NCBI GenBank assembly: GCA_964510275.1
Contig: CAZEBE010000001.1
Coordinates: forward strand, 1 to 32,167
Direction of reading: 5' to 3'
Source: an uncultured Gammaproteobacteria bacterium
GTDB taxonomy: Bacteria; Patescibacteriota; Patescibacteriia; Patescibacteriales; UBA12465
DNA: 32,167 nt
Positions within the stretch are counted from its first letter, which is position 1. Each line of letters opens with the position of its first letter. A model generated the notes under the pieces. That model was given only the letters and a program-made list of their open reading frames with translations, did not search any database and had not been told where the DNA came from. The position numbers were made by a program, and so were the translations under genes. Shown here piece by piece: positions 9,113 to 17,600 of this stretch.

Positions 9113-10123
9113 TTATTTTATAATCAAGGTTTTAATCATTAAATGAAATAGGGTTACCCCATCAGTGTCATTTGTTAGAGGAGAACAAGAAAAATTATAA
9201 ATTTTAGAAAAATCTTTATTAAAAATATAGGCAGCCAACTCGTCTTGTGAATAAATACCCTGCCAACTATCACCTAAAACTTCTTCCCCTGGAGTTAAAC
9301 CAGAAAACTGTTCAGTAAACCAAGCCCGAGGACTAATTTTACCAGGATTATCTTGATAGGTAACTTGAATAAAAGCCTTATCAGAGTTAACAAAAATAAT
9401 TGTATTATTAATATCACTTCTGGTTATTTCCCAAAATGAAGGGTAAATAACCGTTGTTTTGTCATCAATTTTATAACTTAACATTTGCGAAGTGGTCGTT
9501 GCTTTCATGTTGGCAGACAAGGGGTCGTAACCACTTTTAAGTTCCGCTAAATCTAAATAACCATCAGCATCTGTATCGGCTTTATTTGGATCAGTGCCAG
9601 TTATTTTTTCTTCATCATCGGTTAAACCATCAGCATCAGAGTCGGTAGTGGAAACCGTTTTTGGTTCTAAAATAACAGGGGTTTCTTCAGGAAATAATTC
9701 CGAAGAAGTAGCGGCAGTATTCGTTGATGTGGCAATTAGTGGCGTCTCGGTAGCAATTGTTTGTGGAGGCAATAAAACCTCTTCTGTTTTAGAAGTAATT
9801 ACTTCAGGGGCCGTTACCACCTGATTATTATTAGTACCTAGAGCGGGTTCTTTTAATAATGGTTTTATAAAATAAGAATAGCCAAAATAGAAAAGAAGAA
9901 TAATTAAAATAAAACCGCCACCAATAATAAGCAATCCAACTTTTTGATGATTTACAGCACTAGGGTTATTTAAAGACGAGTTATTTTTAACAGCGGTACC
10001 ACTAGAAAAAGTCTGGCCAGAAAAACGATGTGCTCCTGGCATATTGTGAGTAACAAAATCTTTATTAACCTGATCGGTTGTGTCGTTAATTGAAGTAGGT
10101 TTTTTTTTAGAACTATTAAACAT
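9113..10123 (-). CDS. Single-pass membrane protein with two TSP3-like Ca-binding repeats and a C-terminal globular domain
   Basis: 336 aa. The S/T/N-rich N-terminal tail contains HNMPGAHRF and is followed by a TM helix (VGLLIIGGGFILIILLFYFGYSYFI). A T/P/E-rich linker leads to DSDADGLTDDEEKITGTDPNKADTDADGYLDLAELKSGYDPL (aa 161-202), then about 130 aa of mixed sequence. This is the last gene of the operon. Confidence 0.75.
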   Translation of the reverse strand: MFNSSKKKPTSINDTTDQVNKDFVTHNMPGAHRFSGQTFSSGTAVKNNSSLNNPSAVNHQKVGLLIIGGGFILIILLFYFGYSYFIKPLLKEPALGTNNNQVVTAPEVITSKTEEVLLPPQTIATETPLIATSTNTAATSSELFPEETPVILEPKTVSTTDSDADGLTDDEEKITGTDPNKADTDADGYLDLAELKSGYDPLSANMKATTTSQMLSYKIDDKTTVIYPSFWEITRSDINNTIIFVNSDKAFIQVTYQDNPGKISPRAWFTEQFSGLTPGEEVLGDSWQGIYSQDELAAYIFNKDFSKIYNFSCSPLTNDTDGVTLFHLMIKTLIIK

Positions 10124-10313
10124 AAATCATTAAAAAAATAATCAGACTGACTAAAATAAGCAATCCGCCAGTGAGCCAACTAAAAACTCGGACATCAGCA
10201 GATTCTTGCCCCCGAGGCATAACGTGAAGATTTAAAAAAACCTTTCGCCCTGATTTTTTAGTAGAAAAAATACTACTAGTTTTAGTTCTGTTAATATCTA
10301 AATTTTTATTCAT
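10116..10313 (-). CDS. Small single-pass membrane protein (65 aa), hypothetical
   Basis: A basic N-terminal tail (KTSSIFSTKKSGRK) and an LHVMPRGQ motif precede one C-terminal TM helix (WLTGGLLILVSLIIFLMIYV). Its stop overlaps the next start by 8 nt (ATGTTTAA). There is no homology evidence, so the call rests on position and architecture. Confidence 0.45.
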   Translation of the reverse strand: MNKNLDINRTKTSSIFSTKKSGRKVFLNLHVMPRGQESADVRVFSWLTGGLLILVSLIIFLMIYV

Positions 10314-10333
10314 ACTAATAAAGAGACTAGCTA

Positions 10334-11110
10334 CTAATTTACAGCATCAATTAACTTACCGGTTCCTAGTGGATTATAACCTCCTTTAACCTCTGAGCCA
10401 TCATCATAACTATCGCCATCGGTATCAATTTTATTAGGATCGGTTCTATAAATTTTTACTTCATCATAATCAGGTAGAGTATCATCGTCAGTATCAACTT
10501 TACCTGGGTTGGTATTGTAAATTTTTACTTCATCAGCATCGGACAATCCGTCACCATCAGTATCGGTCATGATAACATTTGTTCCTAAAACATTTTCTTC
10601 TTCATCAGTTAAACCATCGCCATCGGTATCAACTAAATTACTTACCGGAGGGGTAGTTGTTGCCAAAGGAGTTGAAGTTACGACCGTTATTTCTTGGCTA
10701 ACAGGAATAACTGGTTCTACCGGCTCTGTGACAGTCACCACCGCTTCTTGGTTGGTTGTAACAACAGCCGTTGTCTTAGTTTCAATTACTTCAGCTGGAG
10801 CCTGGTTAGCAATAAATTTGATGTAAACTAGATAACCCAAACTAGCTAACAAAATTATAAATAAAATTATTAAACCAATTTTTAAAATTTTACTCTTAGA
10901 GGGACTAGCTGCGCCATCACTAGCCGACAAACCAGCTTTTTGAGTTTCAATTTCCGTGGGAGCTGGCGAGCTAACAGAATTAGCTGGGCTTTGATTGTAA
11001 TAGCCGGAAAAACTTTTAGCCTCCGTCACCGGCTTATCAGTTTCAGCAAAAATGTCGTCAACCGACGGTGTTGTTGGAGCTGATTGATTTGCTTGTAAAT
11101 CATTAAACAT
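10334..11110 (-). CDS. Single-pass membrane protein with four TSP3-like Ca-binding repeats
   Basis: 258 aa. A low-complexity tail of about 75 aa is followed by a TM helix (ILKIGLIILFIILLASLGYLVYIKFI) and a T/V/P-rich linker. Four repeats of 22-23 aa of the form DTDGDGLxDxxE...P..(V/I) occupy aa 161-251. Confidence 0.8.
   Translation of the reverse strand: MFNDLQANQSAPTTPSVDDIFAETDKPVTEAKSFSGYYNQSPANSVSSPAPTEIETQKAGLSASDGAASPSKSKILKIGLIILFIILLASLGYLVYIKFIANQAPAEVIETKTTAVVTTNQEAVVTVTEPVEPVIPVSQEITVVTSTPLATTTPPVSNLVDTDGDGLTDEEENVLGTNVIMTDTDGDGLSDADEVKIYNTNPGKVDTDDDTLPDYDEVKIYRTDPNKIDTDGDSYDDGSEVKGGYNPLGTGKLIDAVN
10358..10630 (-). repeat. Coding tandem repeat: 4 x ~23-aa thrombospondin-type-3-like (DxDxDGxxDxxE) units
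   Basis: The four units are DTDGDGLTDEEENVLGTNVIMT, DTDGDGLSDADEVKIYNTNPGKV, DTDDDTLPDYDEVKIYRTDPNKI and DTDGDSYDDGSEVKGGYNPLGTG. Confidence 0.8.
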
Positions 11111-11120
11111 AAATTTTTAT

Positions 11121-11390
11121 TTATTTTTTTATACGATAAATATATATACCATTTTTTTCATTAACCACTTCCGCCTCCTGAGAAGGACTGATTAAAAGTT
11201 TTATTTTTTCTTCTTCTGTCATTTCTCGGGCAGTATTTATTTCTGATATTACTTCTGATTCGTCATCATTGCTTAAAGGTTTAGTTGTCGAATCGTTTTT
11301 CAAACTAACAAAAACAATGATAAAAATAATAATTATCAAAACAATTGAAAGGGCGATGATAATTTTTTTTCTATTACTTAATTGTATCAT
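11121..11390 (-). CDS. Small N-terminally anchored membrane protein (89 aa), hypothetical
   Basis: N-terminal TM helix (KIIIALSIVLIIIIFIIVFVSL) followed by an acidic tail of about 60 aa. It lies 27 nt after the 1048-aa gene and 10 nt before the next gene. Confidence 0.55.
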   Translation of the reverse strand: MIQLSNRKKIIIALSIVLIIIIFIIVFVSLKNDSTTKPLSNDDESEVISEINTAREMTEEEKIKLLISPSQEAEVVNEKNGIYIYRIKK

Positions 11391-11417
11391 ATAAAAAGAT
11401 TAAATTTAAATTAACAC

Positions 11418-14400
11418 CTACTTAAATATTTCTGCCGTTGAAAAAGAGTAGCGACAATAGATGGTTTTAGCATCTTCAACACCGCTTGTTTCATTGGCGG
11501 CCCAAATTTGATTATATGGTAAAGAATTACCCCTTACCGGCCCCTTGTTACCCAAAGACTGAGCCGTTGGCCAAGCATCATCATTATAATCGTTTAAATT
11601 CCAACCTGTTAAATTTATATAATTCTTTTCTTCAGTACAACGCCAATTATTTGTTGAGTCTGTATTCATTGAAAATGTTTTAGAACCTGTTTTATTCTTA
11701 CAACCATAAACATTTAAAGTGGCCGACAAACCGTGTAAATTATTAGAAGCTCCAGGATCATCATCAGCTTGAATAGCAAAGACGTTAACGCCCTTTTGCA
11801 AAGTAACATTAAATTTTTGAATTTTAGTCCAGTCATGCCCACTAGCAACCTCAACCTCATTAAAATAGGTTAAATGCTTATTGTCAGCAGACACTTGAAC
11901 ATCAGCCCCTGATAAACAGCAGGAACCGTTGACGCACTCTTCATCTTCAGAACAGTCACCACAAGAGCCACCGCAACCATCATCACCGCAAATATTAACC
12001 TCACAACTAGGAACACAAACACAAGCACCACAATCAGAGCTGCAATTTTTACAAGTTTCCATCTCCACTAAAGAACCCTGAGGATTTATAATTTTATTTT
12101 GACAATAACCATCGCCACAATAACCACCACCTTCAACAGCTGATTTAAAGACACAGCTATTACTATTTAAAATAGGATAAGGCGATTTAACGTTTAAACC
12201 AGTAGTACAAGCATACTGTATAGCTGGATTTGTAGAAACTGCTGTAGTTGAAGCCCAAACACCATCGGCACCATCACAAGATTCCATTCCGTTATTATAA
12301 AGTCCGCCCTGCCCTTCAGAATTTGGTATCTGTTTCACGCCATCACCACAAAAAGTATTAACCTTTAAAGCAAAACTTTTTTCAGTGAGCGATCCATATT
12401 CATTAGCAACCGTTATTTTAACAATTGAACTAGTAGCAATCGACCCCTTAATAGTGTCTGCTTTTAAATAAACATCTTCGGCTGATGAACTTTTATCAAC
12501 ATAAAGATTGTTAATACTACTTACAGAATAAGACAAATTATAATTACCACTTTTCTGCTTACCCAAGAAACAGGAATTTCCAGAAATTGGATAAGAAGCT
12601 CCCAGGCGAGCCGTTGTATCACATTGAAAATCCAACAAAGGCTTCTCCATTTTTATGGTTATATTTACCATCACTGAAGAAGTAATATTGTCAGCGGTGG
12701 CGGTAATGAGCAAAGGAATAACAACATCTTGTTTTATTTCTACAGAGTCAGGAATTCTAAAAGAAAAATCAATCTTGCTTTTGTTCAAGCCAACCGAAGT
12801 TTCTGTTGCTTTTGCTACCGCTTCTTTTATTAAAGAAGAAAAATTAGAATTAGAAGAGGTAACTTTAAAAGATGGTTTTGAATTACTACCCTCAACAATA
12901 AAACTATATTTTAACGGAATAATTGGATCAACAAAATAAGTAATATCTTCAGCTTCTATACGAGGTTTGCCCGCTTCACTGATATTTAAAGTTAATTTGG
13001 TGGTTGTCGCTGCCCCACGACTATCAGTTAAAACCAAGTTCATATCATACAAACCCGGCTTTCCAGCCTTAGGAGCATAAATTCTTTTTTGATTAGGATC
13101 GCCAGTATCTTGTAAAACCGGGATTAAGCTATTACCATATCGCCAATCACCGCTAATCCAAGGAGCGGTAGATAAAGCATTTAAACTCCAAGAAACAAGA
13201 TCACCCTCAGCGTCTTTAATTTTTACATAACCGTTAAATTCTTTGCCAGATTCGCCGCCAGTATAAGAACTTTCTACATAAGGAGCTGTATTAGAATTAT
13301 AACCAGCACTGTTATTTACCGAGCACATATGGGTACTAATTTTTTCATCCGCAGTATCATAACCCAGAAGACCAGTTTCAAAAACAGAACAAAGTGAGTA
13401 ATTAACCCCGTTTTTAGTAGCGGTGTAATTAAAAGCATAACTTCCAGCCGGTAACGACAGGTTAGAATTTACAAAAGATTTAGTTTTATCATTCCAGCAA
13501 GTAACTGGATCATGTCCGCTGCAAAAACCCAAAGAGTTAATCGGGTCGAGTAAAGTTTGTCCTAAACCAAGTTGAGGAGTTAAGGTTTCTTTCCAGCTAG
13601 GCCAGACCGATAAACTACTACCCAAAATATAAGTCCCGAATTGTAAACTAGGATAAGTACCATTTGCTTGTTTAAAATTTTCAATTGCTTTACCAAATTG
13701 ATTTAATTTTCCTAGACGATTAACATCGCGAGTTACTCGAGCTTTCAAACTGTCACAAAATAAATTTAAAGGACAATCACTATCAATTAAACAAGCTTTA
13801 ATGGTTGATGGTTGGCACTTGGTGTTAGAACAAGTATAATCTTTTGGGCAATCAGAGTCTGTCTGACAATTTAGTTTAGAAATAGAACAACGACCAGATT
13901 CAGTGAGATTGTTGTTAAATTTCCAATGAGAAACTAATTGTCCCAGAATATCCAGAGTCTTTTCCTCTGATTCTTGATTGTAAGAAATTAAATAAACATT
14001 GGTATATATTTTGGTAGAATTATTTCTAACTGAACATTGACCACTCCACTCTTTTCCACCTTCTACCCAACGGCACTTGTTCGCATTAACCATTGTCGAG
14101 CATTTTGAAGTAGAACAATATGGAGTATTTCCCGTACCATAAGAAATTGCACCAAAAAACTCTTCGGCATAAGTATTGGGATTTAAAAATAAATCTAAAT
14201 TACAATTAACCGCACCTGTTATTTTATCAACGGCTATTTTTACTTTACATTCCCGTCCTAAGGCGGCATCTGACAAGCTAAGTGGTTTATACCAATTACC
14301 CGAATCAATATTAGCCGCGTTTACAAAAACCGTTCGCCCATCGCGAATTGCTTCATAGCCGTCCACAATTAAACTTTGTGGTGAGCCTTTATACCCCTGA

Positions 14401-14564
14401 TTAGTATACCAAGTTTCAATATTATCATGATGAACATTAGGCAAAATACGAACAGCAATCGCGTCTGATTGACTGGCCGCTTCAACTTGATTTAAAAGAG
14501 CAAAAACAGCGCCAACTATTATCAGGGTGCTAATTTTTTTCCAATTAGTGGTTGTAACACGCAT
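11418..14564 (-). CDS. Giant secreted Cys-rich multidomain protein (1048 aa) with pilin-headgroup-like, Ig-like, CGDG Cys-repeat and jelly-roll lectin-like regions
   Basis: Sec-type signal peptide (MRVTTTNWKKISTLIIVGAVFALLNQVEA|AS) with no other TM helix. I count about 42 Cys by hand. Domain-like regions are listed under findings. Confidence 0.85.
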   Translation of the reverse strand: MRVTTTNWKKISTLIIVGAVFALLNQVEAASQSDAIAVRILPNVHHDNIETWYTNQGYKGSPQSLIVDGYEAIRDGRTVFVNAANIDSGNWYKPLSLSDAALGRECKVKIAVDKITGAVNCNLDLFLNPNTYAEEFFGAISYGTGNTPYCSTSKCSTMVNANKCRWVEGGKEWSGQCSVRNNSTKIYTNVYLISYNQESEEKTLDILGQLVSHWKFNNNLTESGRCSISKLNCQTDSDCPKDYTCSNTKCQPSTIKACLIDSDCPLNLFCDSLKARVTRDVNRLGKLNQFGKAIENFKQANGTYPSLQFGTYILGSSLSVWPSWKETLTPQLGLGQTLLDPINSLGFCSGHDPVTCWNDKTKSFVNSNLSLPAGSYAFNYTATKNGVNYSLCSVFETGLLGYDTADEKISTHMCSVNNSAGYNSNTAPYVESSYTGGESGKEFNGYVKIKDAEGDLVSWSLNALSTAPWISGDWRYGNSLIPVLQDTGDPNQKRIYAPKAGKPGLYDMNLVLTDSRGAATTTKLTLNISEAGKPRIEAEDITYFVDPIIPLKYSFIVEGSNSKPSFKVTSSNSNFSSLIKEAVAKATETSVGLNKSKIDFSFRIPDSVEIKQDVVIPLLITATADNITSSVMVNITIKMEKPLLDFQCDTTARLGASYPISGNSCFLGKQKSGNYNLSYSVSSINNLYVDKSSSAEDVYLKADTIKGSIATSSIVKITVANEYGSLTEKSFALKVNTFCGDGVKQIPNSEGQGGLYNNGMESCDGADGVWASTTAVSTNPAIQYACTTGLNVKSPYPILNSNSCVFKSAVEGGGYCGDGYCQNKIINPQGSLVEMETCKNCSSDCGACVCVPSCEVNICGDDGCGGSCGDCSEDEECVNGSCCLSGADVQVSADNKHLTYFNEVEVASGHDWTKIQKFNVTLQKGVNVFAIQADDDPGASNNLHGLSATLNVYGCKNKTGSKTFSMNTDSTNNWRCTEEKNYINLTGWNLNDYNDDAWPTAQSLGNKGPVRGNSLPYNQIWAANETSGVEDAKTIYCRYSFSTAEIFK
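13371..13742 (-). other. Type IV pilin / pseudopilin headgroup-like domain inside the 1048-aa protein (aa ~275-398)
   Basis: ARVTRDVNRLGKLNQFGKAIENFKQANGTYPS ... LLDPINS ... YAFNYTATKNGVNYSLCSVFE follows the pilin pattern RD..R..dL..i..Ale.y....G.YP ... l.DP.N ... Y.Y......y.L.a.lE. It lacks the class III signal peptide and the hydrophobic alpha1-N helix. Confidence 0.5.
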
Positions 14565-14606
14565 GGCTTTATATCTTAAAAAATTAATTAATATATTTTA
14601 ATAATC

Positions 14607-17600
14607 TTACTCCTGCAAAACAGCGGCTGTAATAGTAGTAGAAGCTTCATCCGAGGTTTCACTAATATTTCCACTCTCATCAATCGCCGCTAAATAAAAA
14701 TAATGTTTACCAACGCGATAATCACTTTGGTTAAAAGTTAAGCTAGTGGCTTTATTTGGAGAATCAACTGAATCAGAGGCTCTTTTTCCGTCTAAAAATC
14801 CGTGAAATAAACGATAATAAAGAGCGTCATCAGTGTTAGCTTTCCATTTTATAGCTAAAGTACTGCTTGTTGTTTCAATACTTAAACCCGTTGGTTTTGC
14901 TGGAGCGATAGTGTCCGTTGGGGTAATTTCGGCCCCGCCAGACAAAGGACTTTCGGCTTTTTTATTAGTCAAGGATGAAACTTTAAAATAATATTTTTTA
15001 TCTTTAATTAAACTGGTTATCTTTAAAGAACAGTTATACTTATCAAGAGATTTAGAACAAACCGCCGAATCATTAACTGAAACCGGAATAATTTCCGAAC
15101 CAGCCTGACCGCCGCTTAATCCATAGTAAATTTTAAATGATTCTAAAGTTGTTGGGTTTACAATTGGAGCATACCAGCTTAAAAGTACTGAATCGCCAGT
15201 GCCGGTGTTTCTTACTTCAATGATTTCTCCTGATTGAGGAATTGCTTCTCGGAAAAAATAGGATTCTTTAAGAACATTCCAAATACAAGTACCACCAATT
15301 CCACAAACAGCCCCCTGTTCGCTACAAGGATTGCCTGAATTACTACAAACCAAATTTCCTGAAGAACCTAAAATTAAAGCTGGGTCAGCCACTGCTGGTA
15401 AATCGTCGACTGTTCCTTTGTTTCCCGCGTCACGACAATAATAAAATTTATAATTATAATTTATACAACCAGAAATAGCATTACCTAAACTATCGACACA
15501 CTTGTCAGACCAGGGACTCCATTTTCCATTTGTTACCATTGGCCAAGGGTTGGCACAAAGAAACACGTAAGCATTGGAGGTACCGCTAAGACCATTACCA
15601 CGGAAACTAAAATTACTAAAGCCAGACATGTTAACCGAAGCAGTTATTTTTGTGCTCTTATCAGTAACACCAGAAACCGCACCGACTACAATTTCATTAT
15701 TTTTTAAACCAGAAATATTCATTTTATCAACAACCGAAGAGTCGTCTATTTTAAAGTTCCAATTCCAGCCATAGCCAGAAACTGGTTGTATTAATTGGCC
15801 ATCAGCACTATAAGCCCAGGCCGAAACGGCTCGGTCACTATCAGCTTTTGTATCAAATAATTTACTATTAGCAACATCATCGGTGACGTCGTTGTCGGCT
15901 GTATTAATTAAGAAAGAATCTGGCTCCAAAACAACATCATCTAAAACACAAACACCACCACCTTCACTCTCAACGGCTAAAGTTGTAAAACCAAACGTAT
16001 AAGAATTTTTAAATTTAATGCCGTTAAATTCTGGGTTGGTAATATGACCAAATATGGTCGAACCGTTCATTCCAACTTTTTTAAGGCTGGTTACCCCATA
16101 ATTACTATCTAAATTTTCATCACCCTTTACAACTACAAAATAATTGGTTTGAGCATCTAATAATTTTTGAGGACTAAGATAAATTATTGTTGAAGTAGCC
16201 TTATTTGTATAACCAGTTTTTGTTTCAGTTGTTGCTGGCAACACACAATATAGTTTATCCGCTGAAGGAGTGGCGGCAATTGCATTATTATTTACCGAGC
16301 CACTAAATAAATACTTAAAGTTATTTAGTATTGTTTGATATACTCTAGCGATAAAATTAATTTTCTTTGGTCTGAAATCATTTAGAGACAGCGTTGTTCC
16401 ATCAGGACAAACATCGGTGTTATAAGTTTTTTCTTCTAACAGTAAAATATTGGAAGATAGCGTAGCAAGATTCATCTCTTGATCAAACTTAATCTTAATC
16501 TGTGCGTTACGACAAACTTTCTGGGCATTATTTTTAGGGTCAGTAGAAACAACCTTTGGTCTTCCGTAACAACAGGTATCATCACCGCAGCCTTGACCAC
16601 CACCACATTGAGAATCTAAAGAGCAGCCACAGAATAAACCACGGCCATTTCCAGAACAACTTCCTTTATCTTTTAGACAAGTTAAATCTCCGTTTTTTTC
16701 ACCTGGTTTACAACAGCAAAAACCACAATCTTTCAGATCTGGACCTTCTCCCTTATCAGACAAACAACTATAAGGGTTTCCACAAAGACTAGTATTACAA
16801 ATAGTAGCTTCATCGGAAGCACAACTACTATTAGGTGAAACATCTAAAGAGCCACATTGATTTTGACAATTATTAAAGCCAATGATTTGTCCAGTGGTGC
16901 TAGCGACATTTCCGCACTCTTTAGTGTCCTGATCACAATTATAATAAGCACAATATTTTACTCCTTCCAAATTAAACTTCTCTGTTCCATCAGTACACTT
17001 ATCATTTTTTTCATCATAACAACAATTATTTTGAGCGGAGCATTTGGTTTTGTCTTTACCAATTAAATCACAGATTGTTTTAGAATTAGCTGCACAGTCT
17101 GTAACACAGGTAGAGGTGGCTAAAAATTGTCCAGTAGAGGTAGCTGTCTGATTACAAATAGCTTTATTACCAGCATCACAATCATAATAGGCACATTTTC
17201 CGTTAAGTAAATTACCATTACCTCCCTGACAAACTCCTTTAGCCTCGTCAAAACAACATTGATTTTTATGGTCGCCACAACTAGTTTCATCTAAAGCAGC
17301 ACAATCAACACAAACACCACCCGATTTAGAGGTGTCACAAATTTTTCCACTAGTGGTGTCGCAGTTACAAGCAGCATCATGATCTGCTTGAGTAGTACCA
17401 ACCGCTGAACAACCAGAACAAGAACCATAGCCAGAACCATCATTGGAAGTGTCGCTACCACAAGTACCAGCACATTTAAGCGGTGCACAACAATCTCTAG
17501 CGTCCTTACCAATTTCACAACAACATTCACAAGTGTCTTTTGGTGCCTCTAAACAAGAAAATTTATTTCCATTTTTCCCGCAAGAAGCGTTGCCACCACA

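Noticed and set aside
10100-10108. A9 tract at codons 6-8 of the 336-aa gene (and A7-A8 tracts near the 5' ends of the 89-aa, 1048-aa and 897-aa genes) as phase-variation switches
   Set aside because: Comparable A7-A8 runs occur in the Wzy_C-like gene (for example around 4346-4353, 5006-5013 and 5753-5760). They simply reflect Lys-Lys (AAA AAA) in signal-peptide n-regions under AT-biased codon usage. They are not specific to the surface genes.
10358-10630. Periodic ~69-nt DNA repeat as a CRISPR-like or noncoding tandem array
   Set aside because: It lies inside an intact ORF and encodes the TSP3 repeats. The nucleotide copies are degenerate, and there is no repeat-spacer architecture.
9594-10826. 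ORFs 9594..9824 (+), 9970..10179 (-), 10569..10826 (+)
   Set aside because: Two are antisense shadows of the TSP3-repeat genes, giving S/V/T-rich nonsense. The third, 9970..10179, is an out-of-frame ORF spanning the junction of the 65-aa and 336-aa genes.
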